From a virus (lineage: Duplodnaviria; Caudoviricetes), in the IMG/VR virus record IMGVR_UViG_3300020577_007420, positions 12,380-76,379 of that record: a stretch of 64,000 nt of DNA. One strand, given 5' to 3'. Under the pieces are notes generated by a model. That model was not told where the DNA came from. It was given only the letters and a program-made list of their open reading frames with translations, and ran no database searches. The translations under genes were made by a program, and so were the position numbers. Below are positions 18,553-28,138 of this stretch, piece after piece. How positions within the stretch are numbered: position 1 is the first letter of the stretch; the number at the start of each line of letters is the position of its first letter.

Positions 18553-19248
18553 ATGAAAGTAAAAATTGGCACTGAGGTGCAAATAATGAGACCGTTCAAA
18601 ATATTCCGTCAACTTAATGATGGAAGCTATGATGCATGTGATGCACATGGAAATTGTCTCAAAGTAAACCCAAATGAAATTAACATTTTAACTAAAAATC
18701 AATCAGAAATGAAAGCAATGAAAGATGCAGTGCTCAAAGTAGCACGAGACTTAGCAAGGGCAAACAACACAGTTACTACTCTGGAAATCAAGACAGAATT
18801 GAGGAGAGATTATCCCTACTACTTCTGGGACCAAGCAACTGTAAGCAATTATATGGCTCAGTTGGCAGGTGATGGTATCTTTAACTACACAGACAATGGT
18901 ACATACCGCACCTATAGTCTGGCTAAGACCCCTGCAACTAAGACTATATCAAGTGCAAAAACACTTAATATAGTTGTTACAAAATCTCTTGGAGTGAGTG
19001 GTAGTGCAGGTGTAGTTGGTACGGCTGGTACTAAGAGTAAGAAGAAGTCTAAGAATGTAGTTACGAGAAATAGTGTTATACTTTTCTCATGTAGTCCAAA
19101 ATTTGAGTCAGTGACTCTGGCAAGTGGAAAGGTAGTGGATAAACACACTATCCGTGGCCAGAAGAAATCTCCTGAAGGATACATTACTCCTAAACTGCAT
19201 AATGTTACGGCAATTACAGTTAATGGAATTACTTATCAAGTTCAGTAA
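18553..19248 (+). CDS. hypothetical protein with possible winged-helix segment; an internal start at MKAMK is possible
   Basis: 231 aa; TTLEIKTELRRDYP...QATVSNYMAQL is helix-turn-helix-like. Confidence 0.55.
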   Translation: MKVKIGTEVQIMRPFKIFRQLNDGSYDACDAHGNCLKVNPNEINILTKNQSEMKAMKDAVLKVARDLARANNTVTTLEIKTELRRDYPYYFWDQATVSNYMAQLAGDGIFNYTDNGTYRTYSLAKTPATKTISSAKTLNIVVTKSLGVSGSAGVVGTAGTKSKKKSKNVVTRNSVILFSCSPKFESVTLASGKVVDKHTIRGQKKSPEGYITPKLHNVTAITVNGITYQVQ

Positions 19249-19270
19249 TCAATCTGACAACCAAGTTAAT

Positions 19271-19300
19271 AGAGGGGGCTATACACCCCCTCTTTTCTTT
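19271..19300 (+). terminator. rho-independent terminator
   Basis: AGAGGGGG-CTATACA-CCCCCTCT plus T tract. Confidence 0.8.
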
Positions 19301-19304
19301 TTAT

Positions 19305-20012
19305 ATGGATTTAAGTTATTTTGACAAAAAAGACCTATTAACTAGCGGAAAAAGTAATACTAAGACAGCTAAGAATAGCACACCTACGTATTATCTATCT
19401 CTCCAACCTACAAATTTGAATACAAAGAAAGAGAATTTATGTAAGTTCAGTACTAAGGAATGTCGTGCTGCCTGCCTTCAATTTGCAGGCAGACAATCAT
19501 TCTCTAATGTAGTACAGAGCAGAAGCAGAAAGACTGAGTTCTTTGTTAACCATAAAGGTTTGTTTATCAAGAAGTTATGGAAAGAGTTGGAAGAATTAAA
19601 TGAAGGTAAGGCTGCTATAAGATTAAATCTATTAAGTGATGTAGATTGGGAAATGGAGTTTTTATCTGTAGATAAGTCTTTTAAAATGGAAGATTTATCT
19701 AATATTCAATGGTACGATTATACAAAAGACCATTTTAAGATATACAGAGGTGTTCCTAAAAATTATAATTTAACCTTCTCATTTTCAGGACATAACTGGA
19801 AGCACGCTGACCATTTCCTTAAAAATAAGATGGCTAACGTGGCTGTAGTATTTAAAAATGCATTACCTTTGGTATGGCAGGGCTATTCCGTAATTAACGG
19901 TGACGAGAGTGATGAGAGGTTTTTAGACGATAGAGGTGTAATAGTCGGGCTCAAGTATAAAACTCCAAAAGGAGTTAAGTACGAGAAAACAAAGTTTGTA
20001 ATAGATGAGTAG
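19305..20012 (+). CDS. GP88-family phage protein (Cys cluster)
   Basis: NLCKFSTKECRAACL..AGR, IRLNLLSDV, YDYTK, YNLTFS, NVAVVF, NGDESDERFLD, IVGLKYK. Confidence 0.7.
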   Translation: MDLSYFDKKDLLTSGKSNTKTAKNSTPTYYLSLQPTNLNTKKENLCKFSTKECRAACLQFAGRQSFSNVVQSRSRKTEFFVNHKGLFIKKLWKELEELNEGKAAIRLNLLSDVDWEMEFLSVDKSFKMEDLSNIQWYDYTKDHFKIYRGVPKNYNLTFSFSGHNWKHADHFLKNKMANVAVVFKNALPLVWQGYSVINGDESDERFLDDRGVIVGLKYKTPKGVKYEKTKFVIDE

Positions 20013-20658
20013 AAAAACTAAAAAGAAATCAACAAGAAAAACTCCAACTAAAAGAATTAAGAAACCAACTGAGCCAAAGGTTGGAAAATATATAGGAGTA
20101 GAGTACGAGAGCTTTTGCGAATTATCATGTTTGTTCTTTGCAGAAGAATTGATGAAGGATGGATATGTAGAGAAAATAGAGAGGAGTCCTTCATATATGT
20201 TATGTGACCCTGTTCAGAGCACATATGCAGTACAATTAAAACGAGGAAGTAAGCATGAAACTCAAACAATCAGTAATGGTGTAACCTACACCCCAGACTA
20301 TGACATTTATTTTACAGCTAAAGCTTTAGATAAATTCTGTTGGGAGTTAGGTAGTGGGACAAAGTGGAATAAGAATTTACTTGTTGCACAAAAGCTTAAT
20401 GTTCATGGTAAGATTCTCTATAGAGCATGTATAGAGGTCAAACCAGATTTCAGTAGAAATTCAACAACTCCGAAGAGTGTGCAGAGCATGAAATGGCTTA
20501 TGCAGAGACATGGAGTATTTGTTAACCTATTCCGTCCGAACCGTATCTTTGAGGGACTGTTCACACCGGGGAAATATCTCATTACAGAGAGAGGTACTCC
20601 TCGTAAATTAAAGTTCCGTCCAAAGAGTTTAGGGGAATATTTAAAACATAAGAAATGA
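20005..20658 (+). CDS. PD-(D/E)XK endonuclease (resolvase-like)
   Basis: YTPDY...IEVKP motif. Confidence 0.6.
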   Translation: MSRKTKKKSTRKTPTKRIKKPTEPKVGKYIGVEYESFCELSCLFFAEELMKDGYVEKIERSPSYMLCDPVQSTYAVQLKRGSKHETQTISNGVTYTPDYDIYFTAKALDKFCWELGSGTKWNKNLLVAQKLNVHGKILYRACIEVKPDFSRNSTTPKSVQSMKWLMQRHGVFVNLFRPNRIFEGLFTPGKYLITERGTPRKLKFRPKSLGEYLKHKK

Positions 20659-20996
20659 GTGATGGAGATTTTCAGGTACCAGATGGATTAATGCCATGCA
20701 TTGAGAAACATTTTCATTATCCTATGTCTACACTAGGTACACATCTTATAAATCATGAGAGAATAAGACAAATCAATTATAAGAAAAGAACTATAGAAGA
20801 TGACTATAAGTTGAATGCCGATTATCAACTAGTTGATGCAGCAATTAAGCTATTAAAGGGTGGACAACATGAACCTCCTGAGGGATGGGATAGTGAGATG
20901 TGGAATAAGATGCTAGCTAAAGATGACTATAAAAGACTAGCTATAGCTGGTGCACTTATAGCTGCAGAGATTGATAGACTAAATTATACACAATGA
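20655..20996 (+). CDS. conserved phage hypothetical protein
   Basis: ERIRQI...AA...RLAIAGALIAAEIDRL pattern recurs in phage proteins. Confidence 0.6.
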   Translation: MSDGDFQVPDGLMPCIEKHFHYPMSTLGTHLINHERIRQINYKKRTIEDDYKLNADYQLVDAAIKLLKGGQHEPPEGWDSEMWNKMLAKDDYKRLAIAGALIAAEIDRLNYTQ

Positions 20997-22141
20997 TAAA
21001 AGGGAAGAAAGTTCAACCAAGGGTAATTGTTGATAAACCAAACGTGAATTATAGAAAGCTGGATGCCCTCAACCAGTCTATGATTAAGTTGTTTGACAGT
21101 GACCCTGTAAGATTCTATGAAGAATTTAAACTTGGTAAGAGAAGAAGAGATAAGAAGAATGTAGCTACTACAATTGGAGATTTAGTAGACTTCTATCTTC
21201 TTTCCTGTAAAGGTGACGAGTTAGAATTCAATAATAGACTTGAGGAGAAATTTGTACTATTTGAGGGAAATAAGGGAAGTGGACAAGTATTTGTTTTGGC
21301 TGATTATCTATTTGAGGAAGCAGAAAGTTGTATGAATGATAAGGGAGAAATAACCTGTTCGTTTGATACAATGTTTACTGTAGCCTTCAATAGAGTTCAG
21401 GCAGATGGCAAGTACAGAGGAAAGGATAAAGATAAAGTGCTGGAGGATTTTTATGAGAATGGTAAGTCTTACTATGACAAGAAGATTGAGAATATCGGTA
21501 AGACAGTTGTTGATGCAAGTCTTGTTGATAAAGCAAGATTTGTAGCTGACAGACTTAAATCAGATGACTTCACTAGGCATATCTTTACAGAACATGATGA
21601 TATTGAGAGACTTACGCACTTTGCTATAGAGTGGAAGTATCCTCTTCCAATGAATAAGTATTATCCATGTAAGAGTGAGTTGGATATTCTACTTATAGAC
21701 CATGACCATAGAATAATCCAACCAATGGACTTAAAAACTACATATGATAACGAGTCATTCGATTATATGTATATCAAGAATGCATACTATTTACAGAATG
21801 CATTTTATGTAAGAGCTGTAGAAGAGTGGGCAAAGACATCTGGATTAGATGGTTATGAGGTTCGTCCTATGAAGTTTGTTGTAGGAGATACCTCTGCAAA
21901 TAACAGACGACCTCTCATCTATGAAACATCTAATATGGATGTAGAGAATGGATTGCATGGATTTTCCCTAAGAGGTACCTACTATAAGGGTGTTGATGAG
22001 TTGATAAATGATATTGTGTGGGCTGAGGAACAAGACATCTGGAATTGTAGTAGGGATGCTTATGGGAATAATGGTAAAATGAAACTAAATATTCAGTACG
22101 ATGGAGAAGAGCAATATGAGGAGGATGGCCAATTAGTTTAA
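20993..22141 (+). CDS. PD-(D/E)XK exonuclease (RecE/Cas4-like)
   Basis: LNQSMIK; KSELDILL...MDLKTT; YYLQNAFY. The true stop may be earlier (see frameshift finding at 22101). Confidence 0.75.
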   Translation: MIKGKKVQPRVIVDKPNVNYRKLDALNQSMIKLFDSDPVRFYEEFKLGKRRRDKKNVATTIGDLVDFYLLSCKGDELEFNNRLEEKFVLFEGNKGSGQVFVLADYLFEEAESCMNDKGEITCSFDTMFTVAFNRVQADGKYRGKDKDKVLEDFYENGKSYYDKKIENIGKTVVDASLVDKARFVADRLKSDDFTRHIFTEHDDIERLTHFAIEWKYPLPMNKYYPCKSELDILLIDHDHRIIQPMDLKTTYDNESFDYMYIKNAYYLQNAFYVRAVEEWAKTSGLDGYEVRPMKFVVGDTSANNRRPLIYETSNMDVENGLHGFSLRGTYYKGVDELINDIVWAEEQDIWNCSRDAYGNNGKMKLNIQYDGEEQYEEDGQLV

Positions 22142-22304
22142 TACTAACTTTTATATTTATAACATTAAAGCTAGTTGGTGAGATTACTTGGAGTTGGTGG
22201 TGGGTATTTGCCCCATCTGGATACCGATAGCATTAGTTTTGTTTGGACTATTAATATTTGTAATATATGTTACTAGGGATAAATGGAAAAATTGGTTCAG
22301 GTAA
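22101..22304 (+). pseudogene. small two-TM membrane protein (WSWWWV.API family) with two compensating frameshifts
   Basis: MEKSN | GGWPISLILTFIFITLKLVGEITWSWWWVFAP | IWIPIALVLFGLL...WFR; one extra base near 22117 and one missing C at 22211-14. Confidence 0.6.
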
Positions 22305-22338
22305 TTTGCTAATTTGAGAAAATATAAATAATATTATT

Positions 22339-23034
22339 ATGTCAATAATAGGTATATCAGGTAGAATTAATAGCGGAAAGGATACTGTAGGTAAAATTAT
22401 ACAGTATCTAGATGCAAAATCAAAGAAAGAGAGAGAAAAAGAAATAGCACCAAAGTTATTTCTTCCTGATGTTGAGTATCCTACATTTGAAGATTGGTGT
22501 AAACCAAGACTTCATGAAAGTGGATATGATATAGGACACCTCTCAATGTATGAGATGCATTCTAACTCTTGGGTTATTAAGAAGTTTGCAGGAAAACTAA
22601 AGCAGATAGCAACAATTCTTACAGGTATCCCTATAGAAAAGTTTGAGGACCAAGAGTTTAAGAAGACTGAGATGGATGATGTGTGGGCAATCAATAGAAT
22701 ACCAGTTACTGTCAGACAATTTCTACAACGTCTTGGAACTGAAGCAATTAGAGATAATCTACATACAAATGCTTGGGTAAATGCACTACTTGCAGACTAT
22801 AAGGGTGATAATTGGATTATTACAGACTTGAGGTTCCCAAATGAGTTTGCTGCACTAAAGAGAAAGGATGCTCTTCTTATAAGAGTTATAAGACCCGGAT
22901 TAGAATGTGCAGACCATATCTCCGAAACAGCACTTGACTCATATGTATTTGATGAAGAAATAGTTAATGATGGAACAATAGATGATTTAATAAATAAGGT
23001 TAAAACGATGATGGAGAGAAGGAATTTACTCTGA
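22339..23034 (+). CDS. deoxynucleoside monophosphate kinase
   Basis: IIGISGRINSGKDT P-loop; FAGKLK; RQFLQRLGTE; ITDLRFPNE; HISET. Confidence 0.85.
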   Translation: MSIIGISGRINSGKDTVGKIIQYLDAKSKKEREKEIAPKLFLPDVEYPTFEDWCKPRLHESGYDIGHLSMYEMHSNSWVIKKFAGKLKQIATILTGIPIEKFEDQEFKKTEMDDVWAINRIPVTVRQFLQRLGTEAIRDNLHTNAWVNALLADYKGDNWIITDLRFPNEFAALKRKDALLIRVIRPGLECADHISETALDSYVFDEEIVNDGTIDDLINKVKTMMERRNLL

Positions 23035-23051
23035 AAAATTAACAATATTAT

Positions 23052-23083
23052 TTTGATAATTTGGGAGTAAGACCTTATCTTAG
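23052..23083 (+). promoter_or_regulatory. probable promoter upstream of RNR
   Basis: TTTG-N20-TATCTTAG. Confidence 0.5.
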
Positions 23084-23090
23084 TATTCCG

Positions 23091-23121
23091 AGCAGGGGTT
23101 AGCAATAGCCCCTGCTTTTTT
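23091..23121 (+). terminator. terminator-like hairpin between promoter and RNR start
   Basis: AGCAGGGG-TTAGCAATAG-CCCCTGCT plus T tract. Confidence 0.7.
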
Positions 23122-23140
23122 AATCTAAATACGTAAACAT

Positions 23141-26100
23141 ATGCAGAAAGGAAAGAAGTTTTTGAGTGATTTAAAGTTATATTCCGACTATTTTAAATGG
23201 AATGAAGAATTAGAGAGATACGAGAACTGGAACGAGGCTTGTGAGTCTATTATAGATGGTCATAGGAGAAAGTATCTAGGTCTGGATATCGAGAAATACC
23301 TTAATGAAGCTGAGAAAGGTATCAAAGAAATGCTGGTATTAGCCAGCCAGAGAAACCTACAGTATAGATATCCTCAAATTATGAGAAATAATGAGAGAAT
23401 GTATAACTGTTTTTCTGGTGATACTAGAGTTATTACACAATGTGGAGTTAAAACATTTGATGAATTATCAAAAGAACCAGCTGGTAATGAGATTAAAGTT
23501 TGGACACATAAAGGAAGGTGGATGAATGCTAATCTAGGTTACTACGGAAAACAAAAATTGCAGAGAGTAACTATAGCTTATGGTAATAATAGACAAGAAA
23601 TAAGAGTAACTCCTAACCATAGATGGCTATTGTCTGATAATACAGAAACCACCTCCTTAAAAGTTGGAGATAAACTATTGAAAGTTAATGATATATTTAA
23701 TTTTGACTTTGATACGGCCTCTCCTTTTCAAAAGTTATATTGGTGTTATGGTTATGTATATGGAGATGGAACAAAAGTAAAAAATGATGGAAAATATACA
23801 CATAGTATGGTAAGATTGTGTGGAGAACAAGTAAAATTTGCTAGTAGATTTGAAGAAATGGGATTTTCCTCATCGTCTTCATTATCTATTGATGGAGATT
23901 TAATATTTTATACAGGAAAATACCTAAAGACATTACCTTCTTTGAATGAAAACAACGATTTACTTCAGGCATTTATATGCGGATATCTTGATGCAGACGC
24001 TACAAAGAATAAAAGCAAAAGTAAAAAAGCTTATGATTATATACAATGCTCAGATATAGAAGGGATTGAGTTTCTCAGAAGGGCACTACCTTTATGTGGA
24101 TTTTTTATCTTAAAAGAAGATGACTTAACTGGTCAAGAAACAAATTTTGGAGTAAGACCTTATACTATTAAGTTTTCTATAACGAATACTTTTAATGGAA
24201 AAAATCCGAACATAGAAGTAGTCGATATTCAAGAAGATGTGATAGATGATGTTTACTGTTTTATGGTGGATGAAGATAAATCTTTTACTCTATCTGGAGG
24301 TATAGTTACTGGTAATTGTGTGGGTGTATTATTTGATAAGAACGATTACTTCCAGAAGTGTTTTCATGTACTCCTGAGTGGATGTGGATTGGATTTTTCT
24401 ATTAGGAGAATGTTTATAGATAAACTGTCTCCCATCTACAGAAGAACTCTTGGTACTAAGACGTTCGTAATAGATGATAGTATAGAGGGATGGTCTGATG
24501 CACTTGGAGTATTAATGAGTAGCTATCTTGGTGATAATCAACCATTTCCAGAATATGCAGGATATGAGATTAAGTTTGATTATTCTCTTATCCGTCCTAA
24601 AGGTTCCTATATTTCTGGTGGGTTTAAGGCTCCCGGACATGAAGGACTGAAGCAGAGTCTTGAGAGAATTGAGAGCCTTCTTGAGAAATGGATTACTAAT
24701 GAGGGTAGCGTAATCAGGCCCATCTTAGTATATGATATTATCATGCATGCAGCTAATGCTGTATTGAGTGGTGGTGTTAGAAGAAGTGCATGCAGTGTAC
24801 TTATAGATGAGGATGATGAGGAGATGATTTACGCAAAGATTGGAAACTGGAGAGTTGAGAATCCTCAGCGTGCCAGAAGTAATAACGCTGTAGGTTTAAT
24901 CAGAAGAGAGTTTTCATATGATAAGTTAAAGGAAATCATTGACTTAAATCAGGGAGATAACGATATATCCTTCATATTTGTATTTGATGAATATGAGGTA
25001 AGTAATCCTTGTAGAGAGATAACTTTCCGTCCAGTATTGGAGGACGGCAGAAGTGGCTTCCAAATGTGTAATCTAACCGAGATAAATGCCTCTAAGTGCA
25101 CAACAGAACAGGAGTTCTATAGAGCATGTAGAGTTGGTGCTATTTTGGGTACCTTACAGGCAGGATATACAGATTTCCCATATCTAGGAAGAGATACCGA
25201 AGAGATTGTTAGAAGAGAGGCTCTGCTTGGTGTGTCTATTACAGGATGGATGAATCAGCCATATCTCTTTGATGCTGAGATACTTAGAACTGGTGCACAC
25301 ATTGTTGTAGGAACAAATAAGGAAGTAGCTGCAGCTATAGGTATAAATCCTGCAGCCCGTACAACAACTGTTAAACCTTCTGGTAATGCATCTGTGGTAC
25401 TAGGTACAGCTAGTGGTATCCATCCTGAGCACAGTGAGCAGTATTTCAGAATAATGCAGCTAAATAAGGAGAGTGATACGGCTAAATATCTTGAGGAAAA
25501 TATGCCATTCCTACTTGAGGAAAGTGTATGGTCAGCTACAAACAGTGACTACGTTGTATTTGTGCCCATAGTTAATCCTAAGACTGGTCTCTTCAAGAAA
25601 GATATGAAGGGAGTTAAACATCTAGAGTTAATTAAGCTGGTACAGGAAAACTGGGTCAATGCTGGTACAAATGTAGAGGCATGTCTCAAACCTTGGCTAA
25701 GACATTCTGTATCATGTACAGTAATCATTGATAATCAGGATGAAATAACTAAGTACATTTATGATAATCAGGATTCCTTTAAGGCAGTTTCCTTCCTCTC
25801 AGATTATGGTGATAAGGACTTTAACCAAGCTCCCTTTACATCTGTTCTGACTATGGATGAGATTGTTAAGGAGTATGGAGATGGTGCACTATTGGCCTCA
25901 GGATTGATTGTAGATGGATTGCACGTATTTGACCAAAACCTGTGGGAAGCCTGTGACTTAGTATTAGATACTGATAAGAAGATTAAAATTACGGGCACAA
26001 GACAAGAGGTCTGGCTGAAGGGTGACTGGATTAAGAGGGCTAAGAAGTTTGCTAAGAATTACTTTAAGGGTGACTTAAGAAAACTTGTATACTGTCTCAA

Positions 26101-26257
26101 GGATATTCATCTCTTTCATAAGTGGAAAACTATTAATAGACAGATGAAAGACGTTGATTTCCAAGAGATTCTGAGTATGCCAACTTATAAGGAAGTTAGT
26201 GAATATTCTAGCATGGCTTGCTCTGGACAAGGAAGTTGTGAGATTGTAAGAATATAA
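23141..26257 (+). CDS. nrdJ: class II (B12-dependent) ribonucleotide reductase with one intein; 735 aa after splicing
   Basis: YN-C, SGGVRRSA, NPCREI, CNLTEIN, TTVKPSGNAS, C-terminal CSGQGSC; no adjacent beta subunit in the window. Confidence 0.88.
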   Translation: MQKGKKFLSDLKLYSDYFKWNEELERYENWNEACESIIDGHRRKYLGLDIEKYLNEAEKGIKEMLVLASQRNLQYRYPQIMRNNERMYNCFSGDTRVITQCGVKTFDELSKEPAGNEIKVWTHKGRWMNANLGYYGKQKLQRVTIAYGNNRQEIRVTPNHRWLLSDNTETTSLKVGDKLLKVNDIFNFDFDTASPFQKLYWCYGYVYGDGTKVKNDGKYTHSMVRLCGEQVKFASRFEEMGFSSSSSLSIDGDLIFYTGKYLKTLPSLNENNDLLQAFICGYLDADATKNKSKSKKAYDYIQCSDIEGIEFLRRALPLCGFFILKEDDLTGQETNFGVRPYTIKFSITNTFNGKNPNIEVVDIQEDVIDDVYCFMVDEDKSFTLSGGIVTGNCVGVLFDKNDYFQKCFHVLLSGCGLDFSIRRMFIDKLSPIYRRTLGTKTFVIDDSIEGWSDALGVLMSSYLGDNQPFPEYAGYEIKFDYSLIRPKGSYISGGFKAPGHEGLKQSLERIESLLEKWITNEGSVIRPILVYDIIMHAANAVLSGGVRRSACSVLIDEDDEEMIYAKIGNWRVENPQRARSNNAVGLIRREFSYDKLKEIIDLNQGDNDISFIFVFDEYEVSNPCREITFRPVLEDGRSGFQMCNLTEINASKCTTEQEFYRACRVGAILGTLQAGYTDFPYLGRDTEEIVRREALLGVSITGWMNQPYLFDAEILRTGAHIVVGTNKEVAAAIGINPAARTTTVKPSGNASVVLGTASGIHPEHSEQYFRIMQLNKESDTAKYLEENMPFLLEESVWSATNSDYVVFVPIVNPKTGLFKKDMKGVKHLELIKLVQENWVNAGTNVEACLKPWLRHSVSCTVIIDNQDEITKYIYDNQDSFKAVSFLSDYGDKDFNQAPFTSVLTMDEIVKEYGDGALLASGLIVDGLHVFDQNLWEACDLVLDTDKKIKITGTRQEVWLKGDWIKRAKKFAKNYFKGDLRKLVYCLKDIHLFHKWKTINRQMKDVDFQEILSMPTYKEVSEYSSMACSGQGSCEIVRI
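23408..24316 (+). mobile_element. intein (303 aa) with LAGLIDADG endonuclease
   Basis: Block A CFSGDTRV; VTPNHRW; YGYVYGDG and CGYLDADA; block F/G DVYCFMVDEDKSFTLSGGIVTGN followed by Cys+1. Confidence 0.92.
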
Positions 26258-26289
26258 TTTGATAATGATTCTAAAATTTAGTAACTTTG
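26258..26289 (+). promoter_or_regulatory. Bacteroidota sigma-A promoter, perfect consensus
   Basis: TTTG(26258-61)-N20-TAACTTTG(26282-89). Confidence 0.7.
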
Positions 26290-26481
26290 AAAGTAACAAT
26301 TCTTGAAAATGGACCTGCTATTATTGAGGCAGAAGGAAATTTAGAAATTTTGAGTCCAGTACCTCCTGCAAATGAGTTTGCCAAAAAGGTAGCTATCTGC
26401 AGATGTGGAAGGTCACAAAATGGTGTATGGTGTGATGGAAGTCACTCCAAAAAGAAGGAAGAAAATAAAACACAAGAGTAA
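26287..26481 (+). CDS. CDGSH-type iron-sulfur domain protein
   Basis: [11 protein letters not shown]-terminus and [16 protein letters not shown]; TTG start. Confidence 0.8.
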   Translation: MKVTILENGPAIIEAEGNLEILSPVPPANEFAKKVAICRCGRSQNGVWCDGSHSKKKEENKTQE

Positions 26482-26482
26482 T

Positions 26483-27550
26483 ATGGCAAAAGCAAAAGAA
26501 CCAAAAAATGATGGAAAACTCTCAAAGATTGAGCTGATAAAGCAAAAACTTGAGAAAGATTACGGAAAGGGTGCTCTTATAGGAGCAAAGGATAAACCTG
26601 TAGCACATGACTTTGTATCTACAGGTTCTCTTGGATTGAATTTGGCACTTGGGATTGGTGGACTACCTAAGGGAAGAATCGTAGAGATTTATGGACCAGA
26701 GAGTAGTGGTAAAACTACACTGTGCCTTGAGGTAATTGCAGAAGCTCATAGAGCAGATGAAAATATTCACTGTGCTATTATAGATGCAGAGCATGCAATT
26801 GACTTGGGATATGCAGAGAAATTAGGTGTAGATTTGGATAGGTTAGAGATTGCTCAACCTGACCACGGTGAACAAGCCTTGGATATTGCAGAAAAGGTAA
26901 TTGCATCTGGAGAGTTCTCTGTAGTAGTTGTGGATAGTGTTGCCGCACTTGTTCCCAAAGCTGAGTTGGAGGGAGATATGGGAGATAGTAATATGGGTAA
27001 ACAAGCTCGTCTCATGTCTCAGGCAATGAGAAAGTTAACTGGGGTTGTAGCAAAAACCAATACTCTTCTTATCTTTACAAATCAGATGCGTGATAAGATT
27101 GGGGTTATGTTTGGTAGTCCTGAAACAACTACTGGAGGAAATGCCCTAAAGTATTATGCATCTGTAAGATTGGATGTACGAAGAAGTATTACTAAGGAAA
27201 ATAGTGTAATGGATGGTGAGACAAAGATTGGTAATCAGGTTACTGTAAAGGTTATCAAGAATAAGGTTGCACCTCCCTTTAGACAAGCACAATTTGATAT
27301 CTTATATGGAGAAGGAATTGATACAGCGGGTGAACTACTGGATATGGCAATTGAAGCAGATGTCATCTCCAAATCTGGAGCTTGGTTCTCTTACAATGAT
27401 ACTAATATTGCACAAGGTAGGGAAGCTGCTAGGACTCTCCTAAAAGATAATGAGGAGATGGCTGAGGAGATTAAGGAAAAGATTATTAATTCATTTAAAC
27501 CAGTAGAATTTAAGGCTACACAGAAGGAGGTTGAAGATGCAACAGTTTAA
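26483..27550 (+). CDS. recA: RecA recombinase
   Basis: [56 protein letters not shown]; start ATG 26483. Confidence 0.95.
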   Translation: MAKAKEPKNDGKLSKIELIKQKLEKDYGKGALIGAKDKPVAHDFVSTGSLGLNLALGIGGLPKGRIVEIYGPESSGKTTLCLEVIAEAHRADENIHCAIIDAEHAIDLGYAEKLGVDLDRLEIAQPDHGEQALDIAEKVIASGEFSVVVVDSVAALVPKAELEGDMGDSNMGKQARLMSQAMRKLTGVVAKTNTLLIFTNQMRDKIGVMFGSPETTTGGNALKYYASVRLDVRRSITKENSVMDGETKIGNQVTVKVIKNKVAPPFRQAQFDILYGEGIDTAGELLDMAIEADVISKSGAWFSYNDTNIAQGREAARTLLKDNEEMAEEIKEKIINSFKPVEFKATQKEVEDATV

Positions 27551-27559
27551 TGAGAAAAA

Positions 27560-27591
27560 TTTGGCAGTTTAATGATTATTTCGTATATTGG
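27560..27591 (+). promoter_or_regulatory. promoter for the GIY-YIG endonuclease
   Basis: TTTG-N20-TATATTGG, 4 nt before ATG 27596. Confidence 0.6.
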
Positions 27592-27595
27592 ACTT

Positions 27596-28138
27596 ATGGA
27601 AGTAATATATAAAATAACGAATATAGTTACACAGCAGTGTTATATTGGGTCAGCTATTAATTTTCAAAAAAGGAAGATAAAACACTTACATCACCTGAGA
27701 AAAGGTAATCATCATTCTTTATACCTACAAAATGCATGGAATAAGTATGGCGAGAGCAATTTTTTGTTCGAGGTTATTACAAAATGCCCAAAAGAATATC
27801 TGATAAAACTAGAACAATGGTTCATAGATACTTTGAAACCTGTTTATAATATGACAAATATAGCTGGTAAGAATATTAATACTGGTAGAAAGTTCTCAGA
27901 TGAACACAGAGATAGAATTTCAAAGGCAAGAAAAGGAAGTACAATTCCAAAAGCTCAGAGAATCAAGATGGCTGAGGTGAAGAAAAAACGAGTATTACAA
28001 TATGACAAAGTTGGAAACTTCATAAAAGAATGGCCAAGTATGAAAGAAGCCGAACAAACATTAGGTTTATATTCTATATCTAATGCTTGTTCAGGAAGAA
28101 ATAAAACAATAGGAGGATTTATATGGAAGAAAAAATAG
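27596..28138 (+). CDS. free-standing GIY-YIG homing endonuclease with NUMOD3/NUMOD1 motifs
   Basis: VIYKITN...YIGSA...R; FSDEHRDRISKA; VLQYDKVGNFIKEWPSMKEA. Confidence 0.88.
   Translation: MEVIYKITNIVTQQCYIGSAINFQKRKIKHLHHLRKGNHHSLYLQNAWNKYGESNFLFEVITKCPKEYLIKLEQWFIDTLKPVYNMTNIAGKNINTGRKFSDEHRDRISKARKGSTIPKAQRIKMAEVKKKRVLQYDKVGNFIKEWPSMKEAEQTLGLYSISNACSGRNKTIGGFIWKKK

Noticed and set aside
23035-23140. Cobalamin riboswitch upstream of the class II RNR
   Set aside because: The intergenic region is about 105 nt, AT-rich, and lacks the B12-box and four-way junction.
26405-26482. N-terminal extension of RecA from GTG 26405
   Set aside because: It overlaps the CDGSH gene in another frame; ATG 26483 follows its stop by 1 nt.
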